DNA of 64,000 nucleotides from an uncultured Alphaproteobacteria bacterium (GTDB lineage: Bacteria; Pseudomonadota; Alphaproteobacteria; Rs-D84): assembly GCA_934272785.1 (NCBI GenBank), contig CAKQSE010000001.1, positions 41,212 to 105,211 on the forward strand, read 5' to 3'. The notes beneath the pieces were generated by a model. That model was not told where the DNA came from and searched no databases. It saw only the letters and a program-made list of their open reading frames with translations. Position numbers and translations under genes: made by a program. Positions 19,371-28,770 of this stretch are shown here, piece by piece (the stretch's first letter is position 1; every line of letters starts with the position of its first letter).

Positions 19371-19444
19371 TGGTTGGGGCGCACGGATTCGAACCATGAT
19401 AAAGAGAACCAAAATCTCTTGTCCTACCATTAGACGACACCCCA
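19371..19444 (-). tRNA. tRNA-Gln (anticodon UUG)
   Basis: The reverse complement TGGGGTGTCGTCTAATGGTAGGACAAGAGATTTTGGTTCTCTTTATCATGGTTCGAATCCGTGCGCCCCAACCA folds as a cloverleaf with anticodon stem AGAGA/TCTCT, loop TTTTGGT, T-arm CATGG-TTCGAAT-CCGTG and acceptor TGGGGTG/CGCCCCA. Confidence 0.85.
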
Positions 19445-19656
19445 AAGGCGTCTATGATTATAAATATCTTTTGATTTTTTGCAATAATAAAAATTTAATA
19501 TTTTGAATATGCAATTAAAAAAATCTGATTTTTTTGCTATTTTATACTTGCATTAAACTGTTTAGAATATATAATTATTCAGTTTTTTAATGATTAAAAG
19601 CCTTTTAATTATTAAAACGCTTACCATTACATTTTGCCGCAAAAGGGGCACGAGAT

Positions 19657-20106
19657 ATGGCACGTAAAGAATTTATTCGTTTGTTGGAATCAAATATTTT
19701 GACATTGGACCGGTTGGCGGAACGCCTGCGCAAGGAACCGTTGGATGCGGGACTGTATCCCAAAAACCAGATGACGGTTTTGGTGCGGTTGCATATGGGC
19801 GGCCGTGCGCGATTGAAAGAAATCGCACGTCGTGAATTGGTCCCGACGCCAAATTTATGTGCGACGTTTCGCAAACTGGAACGTGACGGGTTGGTAACGC
19901 GGACGGTTGATGAAAACGATCGTCGTAACACATGGTATGAATGCACGCCGGCGGGTGAAAAATTGGCGGACAAGGCACTGGAAATGTTTCGTTGTGCAAT
20001 ATCACGTCTGTTTGAAAATATTGCCCCCGCGGACGAGGTGGCATTGACAGGTGCACTGAAAACAATGAACGAAATACTGACAAAGATGGAGATAAAGCAT
20101 GTTTAA
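19657..20106 (+). CDS. MarR-family transcriptional regulator
   Basis: Winged-HTH MarR pattern …LKEIARRELVPTPNLCATFRKLERDGLVTRTVDENDRRNTWYECTPAGEK. It is the first gene of the efflux operon and follows an AT-rich promoter region. Confidence 0.8.
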   Translation: MARKEFIRLLESNILTLDRLAERLRKEPLDAGLYPKNQMTVLVRLHMGGRARLKEIARRELVPTPNLCATFRKLERDGLVTRTVDENDRRNTWYECTPAGEKLADKALEMFRCAISRLFENIAPADEVALTGALKTMNEILTKMEIKHV

Positions 20107-21427
20107 AATCGGACGTATTACCGCGATTTTCTGTGGTGTGATTGCGGGCGCGACAAATGCGAATGCAATGGATTTGTCGTTGGCCACGGCGGTGGACAAG
20201 ATTGTTACCGAATCCCAGGATTTAAAAAAGGCCGATGCAAATGTTAAAAAGGCCCAGGCGTCCCTGGATGCGGCAAATGCCAATCGTTGGTTCACGGTTG
20301 ATGGTACGGTGACGTATATGAATCTGATAAATGTTAAAAAGCCGTTCGAATCATATGGAGTGGATTTAACCCCGGAAATGGGGGGCGTGTTGGCACGCGT
20401 CTTGGGCACAGACATTGATCATATAGAGGTTCCTGATAATATCTTTATGGCGGGGGTTACGGTAACCCAGCCGATTTATACATTTGGTAAAATTGGCAAT
20501 GCCGTTGACGGTGTGCGCAGTGCGATAAAGATGGCCGATGCCAGTCGTGAAATGACCTTGCGCGCGGTGAAATACAGCGCGGCAGACATTTATTGGACGG
20601 CGAAAATGACCGATGAAATTGTTAAAATTGCGCAACAGGATTTGAATTCTGCCCGCAATGCACAAAAGAGTTTAACGTCCGCCGGTCGTGCCAATCGCAG
20701 CAATTTGGTTAAAATTGAATCTGATATCGCGGCCAAAGAAATCAATCTGTCTGACGCTGAATTCAATCGCGACACCGCGCACAGAATGCTGAAAATCTTG
20801 GCCGGAATTGATATGAACGAAGAATTGAATTTAACCGATGATTTTCCGGCAACGTTTTCTGATTTAAGCGCGGGCGAATTGAAATCAACGCCCCAGTGGC
20901 GCGTCCTGGACGAACAGGTCATGATGTATGAAAAACAGGCCCGGTCCCAGCGTGCGGGTGGATACCCGACATTGGCGGCGGTTGGTTCATACAACTATCT
21001 GGCGATGGACCAGGATTTTAACAATATGTTTAATCGCACGAATTCCCAGTCTGCATATTGGGGGCTGGCGTTACAGGTGCCGATTTTCAGTGGTGGTCTG
21101 CATCGCGCAAATGCCACGGCCCAGGCCATGAATGCCGAGGCCGCCCGCCAAGACCTGGACAAGGCGAAAAAGATGACCAGCGAAGAATATTCGCGCGCAA
21201 TTGATAAGTACAATCACCTGCGTGGGAATCTGAAAACGTTGGAAAATGCGCGTAACCTGGCGGCCAAGGCATATGGTATATCCAGTGATCGTTTCGCCGC
21301 GGGTCAAACATCCGCGGTCGAATTGGCCGAGGTTTCTGCCGGTCTGTATCAATTGGATATGGCGTTGTTAAATGCAAAATACAACATACTGATGTCTGCG
21401 GAATCGGTGAAAAAGTTGGGTGAATAA
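20099..21427 (+). CDS. TolC-like outer membrane efflux protein (OMF family)
   Basis: N-terminal signal peptide, then two OEP-like repeats with coiled-coil periodicity, ~440 aa, positioned in front of the MFP and RND genes. Confidence 0.75.
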   Translation: MFKIGRITAIFCGVIAGATNANAMDLSLATAVDKIVTESQDLKKADANVKKAQASLDAANANRWFTVDGTVTYMNLINVKKPFESYGVDLTPEMGGVLARVLGTDIDHIEVPDNIFMAGVTVTQPIYTFGKIGNAVDGVRSAIKMADASREMTLRAVKYSAADIYWTAKMTDEIVKIAQQDLNSARNAQKSLTSAGRANRSNLVKIESDIAAKEINLSDAEFNRDTAHRMLKILAGIDMNEELNLTDDFPATFSDLSAGELKSTPQWRVLDEQVMMYEKQARSQRAGGYPTLAAVGSYNYLAMDQDFNNMFNRTNSQSAYWGLALQVPIFSGGLHRANATAQAMNAEAARQDLDKAKKMTSEEYSRAIDKYNHLRGNLKTLENARNLAAKAYGISSDRFAAGQTSAVELAEVSAGLYQLDMALLNAKYNILMSAESVKKLGE

Positions 21428-22061
21428 TATGAAGAATACTGTAAATAAACTGATGTCAAAAATCAATGAACTGGTTGCGTTTATGAAAACGCCACGTGGT
21501 CGCAAGTACACGTCAATCGGCGCGGTTGGAATCATTATTTTGTGGACCGTGTTTCGTTTTTCCATGATTGGTATTGAACACGCGCGCGTTGTGTTTAATG
21601 CATCGCGTGATGCCGCAGAAAATGGTGTCCCGGTTGTTACAATCACAATGTCACGCACGTCGGGCGATTTACGTGAACCAATCGCGGTCAAGGATAACCG
21701 TGCCTATGTTTCGTCGGGTCGTATAGATAAATTTGGTGCCGGCCAGCATGTTGGTGATGGCGTAATCGTATCTGTATCTGGGGGAATTGATTTGGATTCG
21801 GGTATGCATGTTATTCGCACGCGTGGTGTGGCCGATGGCCTGCAATATGCCCAGTATCGCGCCACGGGATACTTTGTGCCGGTCTATGCCATAAACAACG
21901 GCGTCGTTATGGTTGCCGATGGTGACGTTGCACGTGCGCGCAATGTTCGTGTCGGTCGCCAAGACGCCGAAAACGCATTGGTTGAATCGGGCCTGCGCGA
22001 TGGTGATATTGTCATTTTGACGCGTGTGTCTGATGGCGACAAGATTCAAATTAAACAGTAA
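21420..22061 (+). CDS. efflux RND periplasmic adaptor (membrane fusion protein), unusually short (213 aa)
   Basis: N-terminal transmembrane anchor, then beta-rich lipoyl-like and beta-barrel segments (VVTITMSRTSGDL…, GDGVIVSVSGGIDLD…). No segment long enough to form an alpha-helical hairpin. It sits between the OMF and RND genes. Confidence 0.55.
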   Translation: MNNMKNTVNKLMSKINELVAFMKTPRGRKYTSIGAVGIIILWTVFRFSMIGIEHARVVFNASRDAAENGVPVVTITMSRTSGDLREPIAVKDNRAYVSSGRIDKFGAGQHVGDGVIVSVSGGIDLDSGMHVIRTRGVADGLQYAQYRATGYFVPVYAINNGVVMVADGDVARARNVRVGRQDAENALVESGLRDGDIVILTRVSDGDKIQIKQ

Positions 22062-22082
22062 AACAGTGGGGAGATTTCAGTC

Positions 22083-25000
22083 ATGTTAAAATTTTTCGTC
22101 CGCAGACCTGTTACAACAGTTATGTTTGTTTTGTTATGGGTTGCGTTGGGTTTGGTATCATTTCCAAAGATGAACGTTGAACGCACGCCGTCATTGGATT
22201 TCCCAATGGTTACGGCAACATTTATATATCCTGGTGCGTCGCCTGCGGAAATTGAATCCCAGGTTATTAAAAAGGCCGAAGACGCGATGTCCGAGGTTGC
22301 CGGATTAAAAAAGATTACGTCCCAGGCATATGAAAACGGTGGATACGTGATGGCGGAATTCAACCTGGGGGTGAACGTCAACGATAAATCCAGCGAGGTT
22401 AAATCCAAGATTGACGCACTGTCGTCTGAATTCCCCGACGCGTTAAAGCAGCCTGTTGTGGAAAAATTAAACCCGTTACAGGAATCGGTGGTTGATATTG
22501 TTCTGCGTGGTGCATCGCCCCGCGATATGCAGGAATATGTCGATAACACATTGTCGAACAAAATCACCGCAATCAAGGGCGTGGCCAGCGTGTCCGTATT
22601 CGGTGGCGAAGACAGAGCGGTTCGCGTTGAAATGAATCCAGAACTGATGGCGGCGCGTGGCGCAACCGTGATGGATGTTGTCGCGGCATTGGGCGCGCGC
22701 AATCTGAACGTGCCGGGCGGTAAAATTGAAACATCGGCAAATGCATCTAATGTTCGTTTTATTGGTGAATTTGAATCGGTTGATGAAATCGCGAATCTGC
22801 ATCTGACCACGGTCGAAGGTGCACGTTTCAAATTGTCTGATGTTGCGACCGTAACCGACGCCGCGCGTGATATCGAAACCGGTGCGCGTTACAATGGTGA
22901 ACCGGTTGTTATCGCATCTGTGGTCAAGGCATCTGATGGTAACGCAATTAAAATTTCCCAGGCACTGCGCAAAAAAATGCCAGAATTACAGGCCGATATG
23001 CAGGCGCGTTTCCCGAACGCAACGATGGAAATTATTTCTGATTCATCGACCGCGGTATCTGATGAAACCAACAGCACAATTTGGGGTATTATCCAGGGTA
23101 TTATATTTACAGTCTTGGTATTGTTGGCGTTCACGCGTAACTGGCGTTCAACAATTATCGCAGGTGTCGTGATTCCTGCGTCGTTGATTGCTGGATTCTT
23201 CTTTATGAACGGCAGTGGATTTACAATCAATGCAATGACATTGTTGGCGTATTCATCGGCGTTGGGAACGTTGGTGTCAAACGCGATTATTATGATTGAA
23301 TCTGCATTGCAAGAAATGCGCGCGGGCAAAGACCCAGAAACGGCCGCAATTGATGGCACGAAAAAGGTCGGTGTATCTGTTCTGGCTGGTGTTGGAACAA
23401 ACGTCGTGGTGTTCTTGCCGTTGGCGTTTATGAGTGGTATTGTCGGCCAATTCATGGTCCAGTTTGGTTTGACCGTTGTGTATCTGACACTGTTGTCATT
23501 GCTGTTCAGTTTTACACTGACCCCGATGATGATTGCCAAGATTTTGCGTCTGACCGGCACCCAGAATACCAAGAAAAAATCCGCCACATCCAAAGATGCG
23601 GCTCCATCACCCGCAATGGTGAAATTGCGCAAATGGTTTGATTTCCAGCATTCACATCCGTGGCGTGTGATTGGGTTGGCGGTTGCCATATTCTTGGGCA
23701 CGACAATGTTGATGAAATTCGTCGGTAACGAATTTGCACCATCAACCGATGATAATGAAATCACAATTACGGCACGTGCGCCGATGGGGGCCACGTTCGA
23801 GAAATCGCGCAGCATTTCCGAACAGATAGAGGCCGAATTGAAACAGTTCCCCGAAGTCACAGCAACATCTGTGAAAATCGGTGAACGTGGTTTGCAAAAT
23901 ATCACGGTCAAGGTTGACCTGGTTGATCGTGCGGACCGCCGTCTGACCGACAAAGAATTGGCGCGTCGTATGTTGCCACGCCTGGCGGCGATTCCGGACG
24001 TTGAAATCCAGATTCGCGCGGGCTCATCTATGTCGTCGTCTGTGTCGTCTGATATCGTCTTGAACATCAAGGGCGAAGATGATGAAAAACGTGAGGCATA
24101 TGCAACGCGCGCCCTGGAATTGATAAACCAGATTCCAGAAGTGCAAAGTGCCGTTCGTGCCCAGCAGACGCCGGGACGTGAAATCCGCTTTGTCCCAGAT
24201 GAAAACAAAATGAATTTCTGGGGCGTCAAGAATTCTTATGCGGGTTCAACACTGCGCACCGCGTTGTATGGTAACGACGATTACAAATACAAAGAACGCG
24301 GCGAAGAATACCCGATTATTCTGGAATTTGCACGTCCGTTTAAAACCGCCGAAATGTTTGACAATGTGTATGTAAATTCACAAAAGGGTATGGTTGCATT
24401 GTCATCACTGGGTAAAATTGAAAACGTGACTGCAACCCCGAACATCAGTCGTCTGGGCAAAAGCAGAATTACCGAAATTGACATCAATATTGGTAAATCA
24501 ACACTGGGCCCGGTCCAGGCCAAGATTCAATCTGCATTGGATTCAATGGCGTGGGATATGGGTTACAGCGCGGAATTCGGTGGTATGTCTGAAATCCAGG
24601 ACGAAACAACCGGCGAAATCGGCCAGGCGTTCTTGCTGGCGACAATATTAACGTTTATGTTGCTGGCCGCGATTATGAATTCGTTGGCGCATCCGTTCAC
24701 GATTGCGACATCAATTCTGACATCGTTCGCAGGCGTGTTTGTCGTAATGTTCTTGACCGGTGCAACGATGAATGTTGGTGCGATGTTGGCGTTCGTTATG
24801 TTGGTCGGATTGGTGGTGAACAATAACATTCTGGTGTTGGAACCGACAATCGGACGTATCAATAATGGCGAAAGCGCGCGCGATGCACTGTGGGCGGAAA
24901 TGAACGATAAACGTTACATGATTCTGATGACGTCTATTGCGGTTATGACCGGTATGGTGCCCCAGTTGTGGTCTGTTGACGGTATGAAGGTCGCGATGGC

Positions 25001-25118
25001 CGCCGTTATGATTGGTGGTATGTTGGCCAGTTTGATATTTACATTCACACTGACGCCGGCGTTGTTTTTCTTGATAGAACGCGCGCGCGAAAAATTATCG
25101 GGCAAGAAAGCCAAATAA
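22083..25118 (+). CDS. RND efflux transporter permease (AcrB/AcrD/CzcA-like)
   Basis: 1011 aa and 12-TM architecture. MLKFFVRRPVTTVMFVLLWVALGLVSFPKMNVERTPSLDFPMVTATFIYPGASPAEIESQV is the canonical RND N-terminus. Confidence 0.9.
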   Translation: MLKFFVRRPVTTVMFVLLWVALGLVSFPKMNVERTPSLDFPMVTATFIYPGASPAEIESQVIKKAEDAMSEVAGLKKITSQAYENGGYVMAEFNLGVNVNDKSSEVKSKIDALSSEFPDALKQPVVEKLNPLQESVVDIVLRGASPRDMQEYVDNTLSNKITAIKGVASVSVFGGEDRAVRVEMNPELMAARGATVMDVVAALGARNLNVPGGKIETSANASNVRFIGEFESVDEIANLHLTTVEGARFKLSDVATVTDAARDIETGARYNGEPVVIASVVKASDGNAIKISQALRKKMPELQADMQARFPNATMEIISDSSTAVSDETNSTIWGIIQGIIFTVLVLLAFTRNWRSTIIAGVVIPASLIAGFFFMNGSGFTINAMTLLAYSSALGTLVSNAIIMIESALQEMRAGKDPETAAIDGTKKVGVSVLAGVGTNVVVFLPLAFMSGIVGQFMVQFGLTVVYLTLLSLLFSFTLTPMMIAKILRLTGTQNTKKKSATSKDAAPSPAMVKLRKWFDFQHSHPWRVIGLAVAIFLGTTMLMKFVGNEFAPSTDDNEITITARAPMGATFEKSRSISEQIEAELKQFPEVTATSVKIGERGLQNITVKVDLVDRADRRLTDKELARRMLPRLAAIPDVEIQIRAGSSMSSSVSSDIVLNIKGEDDEKREAYATRALELINQIPEVQSAVRAQQTPGREIRFVPDENKMNFWGVKNSYAGSTLRTALYGNDDYKYKERGEEYPIILEFARPFKTAEMFDNVYVNSQKGMVALSSLGKIENVTATPNISRLGKSRITEIDINIGKSTLGPVQAKIQSALDSMAWDMGYSAEFGGMSEIQDETTGEIGQAFLLATILTFMLLAAIMNSLAHPFTIATSILTSFAGVFVVMFLTGATMNVGAMLAFVMLVGLVVNNNILVLEPTIGRINNGESARDALWAEMNDKRYMILMTSIAVMTGMVPQLWSVDGMKVAMAAVMIGGMLASLIFTFTLTPALFFLIERAREKLSGKKAK

Positions 25119-25200
25119 TTAAAACGGGGCATTTGCCCCGTTTTTTTATTGCCCCCTGCGCAAAGCCTGTTATAATACGCCCGAAAAATATCAAAAGGAT

Positions 25201-25809
25201 TTGTATATGTTGATGAAACAAGACATTGTTGTGTTTGATTTTGATGGAACGTTATCGGCGCATGATTCCAATGTGGAATTTGGTCGGTATTGTTTTCGCC
25301 ACTCGCTGCGGCCATGGTTGTTTTTGCCGTTGATGGGTGTCGCGGCGATTGCGCGGATGTTCAATCCATCGGGGCTGTGGTGGCGCGAAAGCATGCGTCG
25401 CTTTTTAACCGCGGACATGGTTGCGCGTTTTGCACCTGATTTTATAAAGCAACATAAAATGGAACGCTTTGGCTGGGCCAAGGAACAGGTCGCTGCCGAA
25501 CGTGCGGCGGGGCGTCGTGTTGTTCTGGTTTCGGCCAGCACAGATTATCTGGTCCCGCAATTGGTGCGTGATATTAAATTTGATGCGGTTTTAACATCCC
25601 AGATGGATGCCGCGCGGCCGTGGAAATATAAATTCCTGTGCTGGGGCCGGAACAAGGTTGTTGCGCTGGATACATGGGCGGCGAAAAATAAAATAATCCC
25701 GCGTGTCGTGCGCAGTTATTCCGACAGCCCATCTGATATGCCGATGATGGAAATTGCCGCCGAACAGGTATGGGTCGACGCAAAAACAGGTTTGCGAAAA
25801 CATGCCTAA
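25201..25809 (+). CDS. HAD-IB family hydrolase (phosphoserine-phosphatase-like)
   Basis: Motif I VVFDFDGTL and downstream HAD motifs, in a cap-containing IB-like layout. Confidence 0.6.
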   Translation: MYMLMKQDIVVFDFDGTLSAHDSNVEFGRYCFRHSLRPWLFLPLMGVAAIARMFNPSGLWWRESMRRFLTADMVARFAPDFIKQHKMERFGWAKEQVAAERAAGRRVVLVSASTDYLVPQLVRDIKFDAVLTSQMDAARPWKYKFLCWGRNKVVALDTWAAKNKIIPRVVRSYSDSPSDMPMMEIAAEQVWVDAKTGLRKHA

Positions 25810-25843
25810 GGGAAAATGAATAAAAATCCGTTATAATCATCGC

Positions 25844-26101
25844 ATGGCTATAACGGATTTTTTATATGATTTTAGTGTCGGCGTTGCGTGCGCATTGGTC
25901 GGCGCGTTGATAAGTATGATGCTGTCGCGTCGCAAAACGCGGCGTTTGACCAGTGAAATTGTCTTGCGACGTCAAGACCTGGAAACACTGCGCCTGGAAA
26001 ATAATCGATTATTGGAAACGATAAAAACGCGCGAAAACGAAATTCTGGAATTACAGAAACAGATTCTGGACGCCCACCCCAAACCCAAACGAAAAAAATA
26101 G
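25844..26101 (+). CDS. hypothetical membrane-anchored coiled-coil protein
   Basis: N-terminal hydrophobic helix followed by a heptad coiled coil (…LETLRLENNRLLETIKTRENEILELQKQIL). I recognise no family. Confidence 0.4.
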   Translation: MAITDFLYDFSVGVACALVGALISMMLSRRKTRRLTSEIVLRRQDLETLRLENNRLLETIKTRENEILELQKQILDAHPKPKRKK

Positions 26102-26515
26102 AGAGAGTAGGGAATAAGAGAGCAGAGTATAGAGAGCAATGAAAAGTGAGTAAGTGACAGAGTGATAAAGTGATACAGTTTTAGAATAGAAAACTTAAAA
26201 ACTTGTCATTCCTGCGCAGGCAGGAATAGGGTCTTTAAAATTACTTCTGTTCACTGTTGCACAAATATTCAGCAAAAATGGCCTGATAACCGTTATCAAA
26301 TAACACCGCAACATTCTGTGTTTGGCTCGCGTTCGCTCGCACTGCACGGTCCCTATTCCTGCCTTTGCCCACCCACGGAATTTATCAATTCCGCGGGGCC
26401 CGGAGCAGGAATGACAAGTTTTTAAGTTCTCTATTCTAAAACTATATCACTTTATCACTCTGTCACTTACTCACTTTATCATTGCTCTCTGCTCTCTACA
26501 CTCTGCTCTCTATAA
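26101..26515. repeat. MITE-like palindromic repeat element (copy A) with ~40-bp terminal inverted repeats
   Basis: Seen directly: left arm gagagagtagggaataagagagcagagtatagagagcaatgaaaagtgagtaagtgacagagtgataaagtgatacag, and right arm …ctgtatcactttatcactctgtcacttactcactttatcattgctctctgctctctacactctgctctcta. Internal hairpins gtcattcctgcgcaggcaggaataggg and cccacccacggaatttatcaattccgcggggcccgg are shared with the elements at 60.2 and 62 kb. Confidence 0.75.
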
Positions 26516-26538
26516 AAAGCGGGGCTGTGCCCCGTTTT

Positions 26539-27441
26539 TTAATCTTCGCCAAAATCCATATCACGCAGTTTTTCGGCACGTGGTGTTATCTTGCCGATGG
26601 ACGTTTGCAACTGTTCAATGTCGGTCGTCGTTTGATTAAAATGTTGGGACACGCGCGCCGCGCGATCGGACAGACGCCCCAGGTCGGTCAGCAACATATC
26701 CAGTTCTTTTTTTATCTTGGCCGCAACGCGTTTGATTTTTATATCGGACAACACCGCGCGAATTGTGTTCAGCGTCGCCCACAATGTTGATGGCGACACA
26801 ATAAACACCTTGCGCCGGGCGGCATATTCAACCGCCCCCGGGAATTCACGGTGCAACGTTTCAAATATCGATTCCGACGCGATAAACATCATCGCCGATT
26901 CTGCTGTTTTGCCGGGTATGATATATTTTTCGGCGATTGCGTCAATATGCTTGCGCACGTCCAGTTCAAATTGCTTGCGCGCCAGGCCGTCGTTCGCATC
27001 CGTCTGCATGCGGTTAAATGATTCCAGTGGAAATTTGCTGTCGATAATCATATCGCCCGGCGGATAGGGCAGGCGTATAATGCAATCTGGTCGCACACCG
27101 GTGTCCATAACGGCCTGGAACGCGTATGATTCTGGGGGCATAATGTCGGCAACCAAATCTTCCAGTTGGCGTTCGCCAAATGTGCCGCGCGCCTGTTTAT
27201 TGCCCATCAAAATATTTTTGAAATTCGCGATGTCGCCACTGATGTTTTTCAATTCAATCGCGTTTTGGGACAGTGCCCCCAGGCGTTCTGCCAACCGTTC
27301 GCGCAGGCGGGCATTATCCTCGCGCAATGCAGAAATATCCACCGTTGGTCGCCGCATTAAAATCGCCAGCAACAATGCAATTATGATAAACAGCAGTAAA
27401 AAAATATAGGTTGTCATTTGTCTTTCCTTTGCTAGAATCAA
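26539..27441 (-). CDS. rmuC: DNA recombination protein RmuC
   Basis: N-terminal TM helix (MTTYIFLLLFIIIALLLAIL), long coiled coil and a C-terminal RmuC nuclease-like domain, ~300 aa. Confidence 0.8.
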   Translation of the reverse strand: MILAKERQMTTYIFLLLFIIIALLLAILMRRPTVDISALREDNARLRERLAERLGALSQNAIELKNISGDIANFKNILMGNKQARGTFGERQLEDLVADIMPPESYAFQAVMDTGVRPDCIIRLPYPPGDMIIDSKFPLESFNRMQTDANDGLARKQFELDVRKHIDAIAEKYIIPGKTAESAMMFIASESIFETLHREFPGAVEYAARRKVFIVSPSTLWATLNTIRAVLSDIKIKRVAAKIKKELDMLLTDLGRLSDRAARVSQHFNQTTTDIEQLQTSIGKITPRAEKLRDMDFGED

Positions 27442-27459
27442 TTATAAGAGGATTTATAA

Positions 27460-27963
27460 ATGTTGCAAATGAAACTTTGTGGGGATTTGGTTCTGCGCGA
27501 GAAATGTGCGCCAATCACAGAAATTACCCCTGATATTTTAAACGCGATGGATGAAATGGTCGCCATGATGCGGGACCAGTCGGGTGTTGGCCTGGCCGCG
27601 CCCCAGGTTGGATTTTTGCAGCGTTTCTTGGTTATGATGGACCCGGATACAGAAACCGTGTTCAAGATGGTGAATCCAAAAATCATCACGCGCAGCGCGG
27701 ATACCTGCACAATGGAAGAGGGTTGTCTGTCCGTCCTGGGGCCGGACGGTCTGCCGGTTTATTCGCGCGTTACGCGTCCGAAATCGGTGACGGTGGAATG
27801 GATCGACGAAAATGGCACGCCCCATGGGGCCGAAATGTCGGGTCTGCCGGCACGTATTGTTCAACATGAAACAGACCACCTGAACGGGATATTGTTTATT
27901 GATTACCTGTCGCCGGTTCATCGTGAAATGGTTATGCGCAAGGTCAGGAAACGTAAATTATGA
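27460..27963 (+). CDS. def: peptide deformylase
   Basis: Motifs GVGLAAPQVG, EGCLSV and HETDHLNG. Confidence 0.9.
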   Translation: MLQMKLCGDLVLREKCAPITEITPDILNAMDEMVAMMRDQSGVGLAAPQVGFLQRFLVMMDPDTETVFKMVNPKIITRSADTCTMEEGCLSVLGPDGLPVYSRVTRPKSVTVEWIDENGTPHGAEMSGLPARIVQHETDHLNGILFIDYLSPVHREMVMRKVRKRKL

Positions 27964-28769
27964 AATTGGTTTTAATGGGAACACCGGAATTTGTGGTCCC
28001 AATCTTTGATGCGATTTATAACGCGGGTCACGAAGTTATGGCCGTGTTCACCCGTGGGCCAAAGCCTGTGGGTCGCAAACATATTTTAACGAAATCGCCG
28101 GTGCACCTGTGGGCAGAATCCAAGGGTATCCCGGTATATAATCGCGCGTCTGAATATAATTTTTCGCCAGACATGGTTGTCGTTGTATCATATGGCGTGA
28201 TATTGCGTGATAATGTTTTGTCGTCTGCGCCGTGTGTAAATATTCACCCCAGTTGTCTGCCTAAATATCGTGGGCCATCGCCGATTAAAACGGCGATATA
28301 TAACGGCGATACGCACAGTGCGGTCTGTTTAATGCAGATTGCGCCCGAATTGGATTCTGGGGATATTTTAATGCGTCGCGATTTTGAAATTGGCGAAAAT
28401 GAAACAAACGATGATATTGAATCACGCGTTTCAAAAATTGGCGCAGAAATGTTGACCGAATATTTGGCGGCACCTGCAAACTTTGCGCCCACACCGCAAA
28501 AGGGCACGCCAACATTTACGCACAAATGGTCGGGTGCGGATGAAATCATTGATTGGTCACGTGGCGCGCGCAATATTCATAACCAGATTCGTGCACTGGG
28601 GGCGGGGCGTACAAAAATCAATGGCATTGATGTGAAAATTCTGCAAACCCGCATTGCGCCAAATGGCGACCTGGAAATATTACAGATTCAACCCGCGGGC
28701 AAGCGACCCATGGATTGGCAGAGTTTTAAAAACGGCCTGCACGCTGAGCAAATAAAGATAGGGGAATAA
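27960..28769 (+). CDS. fmt: methionyl-tRNA formyltransferase (short, 269 aa)
   Basis: MKLVLMGTPEFVVPIFDAI…, a formyltransferase core with a short C-terminal domain, overlapping def by ATGA. Confidence 0.85.
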   Translation: MKLVLMGTPEFVVPIFDAIYNAGHEVMAVFTRGPKPVGRKHILTKSPVHLWAESKGIPVYNRASEYNFSPDMVVVVSYGVILRDNVLSSAPCVNIHPSCLPKYRGPSPIKTAIYNGDTHSAVCLMQIAPELDSGDILMRRDFEIGENETNDDIESRVSKIGAEMLTEYLAAPANFAPTPQKGTPTFTHKWSGADEIIDWSRGARNIHNQIRALGAGRTKINGIDVKILQTRIAPNGDLEILQIQPAGKRPMDWQSFKNGLHAEQIKIGE

Positions 28770-28770
28770 A

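Larger units (their letters stand above)
6034..19444. mobile_element. low-GC genomic island / degraded integrative element inserted next to tRNA-Gln, carrying an RM-like defence cassette
   Basis: By eye GC drops from ~47% to ~35% from about 6.1 kb through the RM genes. An AT-rich gene-poor left edge (6034-6656) holds an ORF remnant. The right edge has DUF5681 fragment, DUF2924 and a large serine recombinase directly abutting the 3' end of tRNA-Gln. Confidence 0.55.

Noticed and set aside
22889-24229. 446-aa minus-strand ORF inside the RND permease gene
   Set aside because: It is antisense to a confidently identified RND transporter, with Ser/Ile/Asn-rich non-protein-like composition. A shadow ORF.
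26100-26530. Possible CRISPR array, suggested by repeated GC-rich hairpins here and at 60.2-62.9 kb
   Set aside because: The units are heterogeneous in length (50-95 bp), occur in both orientations, are not regularly spaced with unique spacers, and no cas genes are nearby. They are dispersed mosaic palindromic (MITE-like) repeats, not CRISPR.
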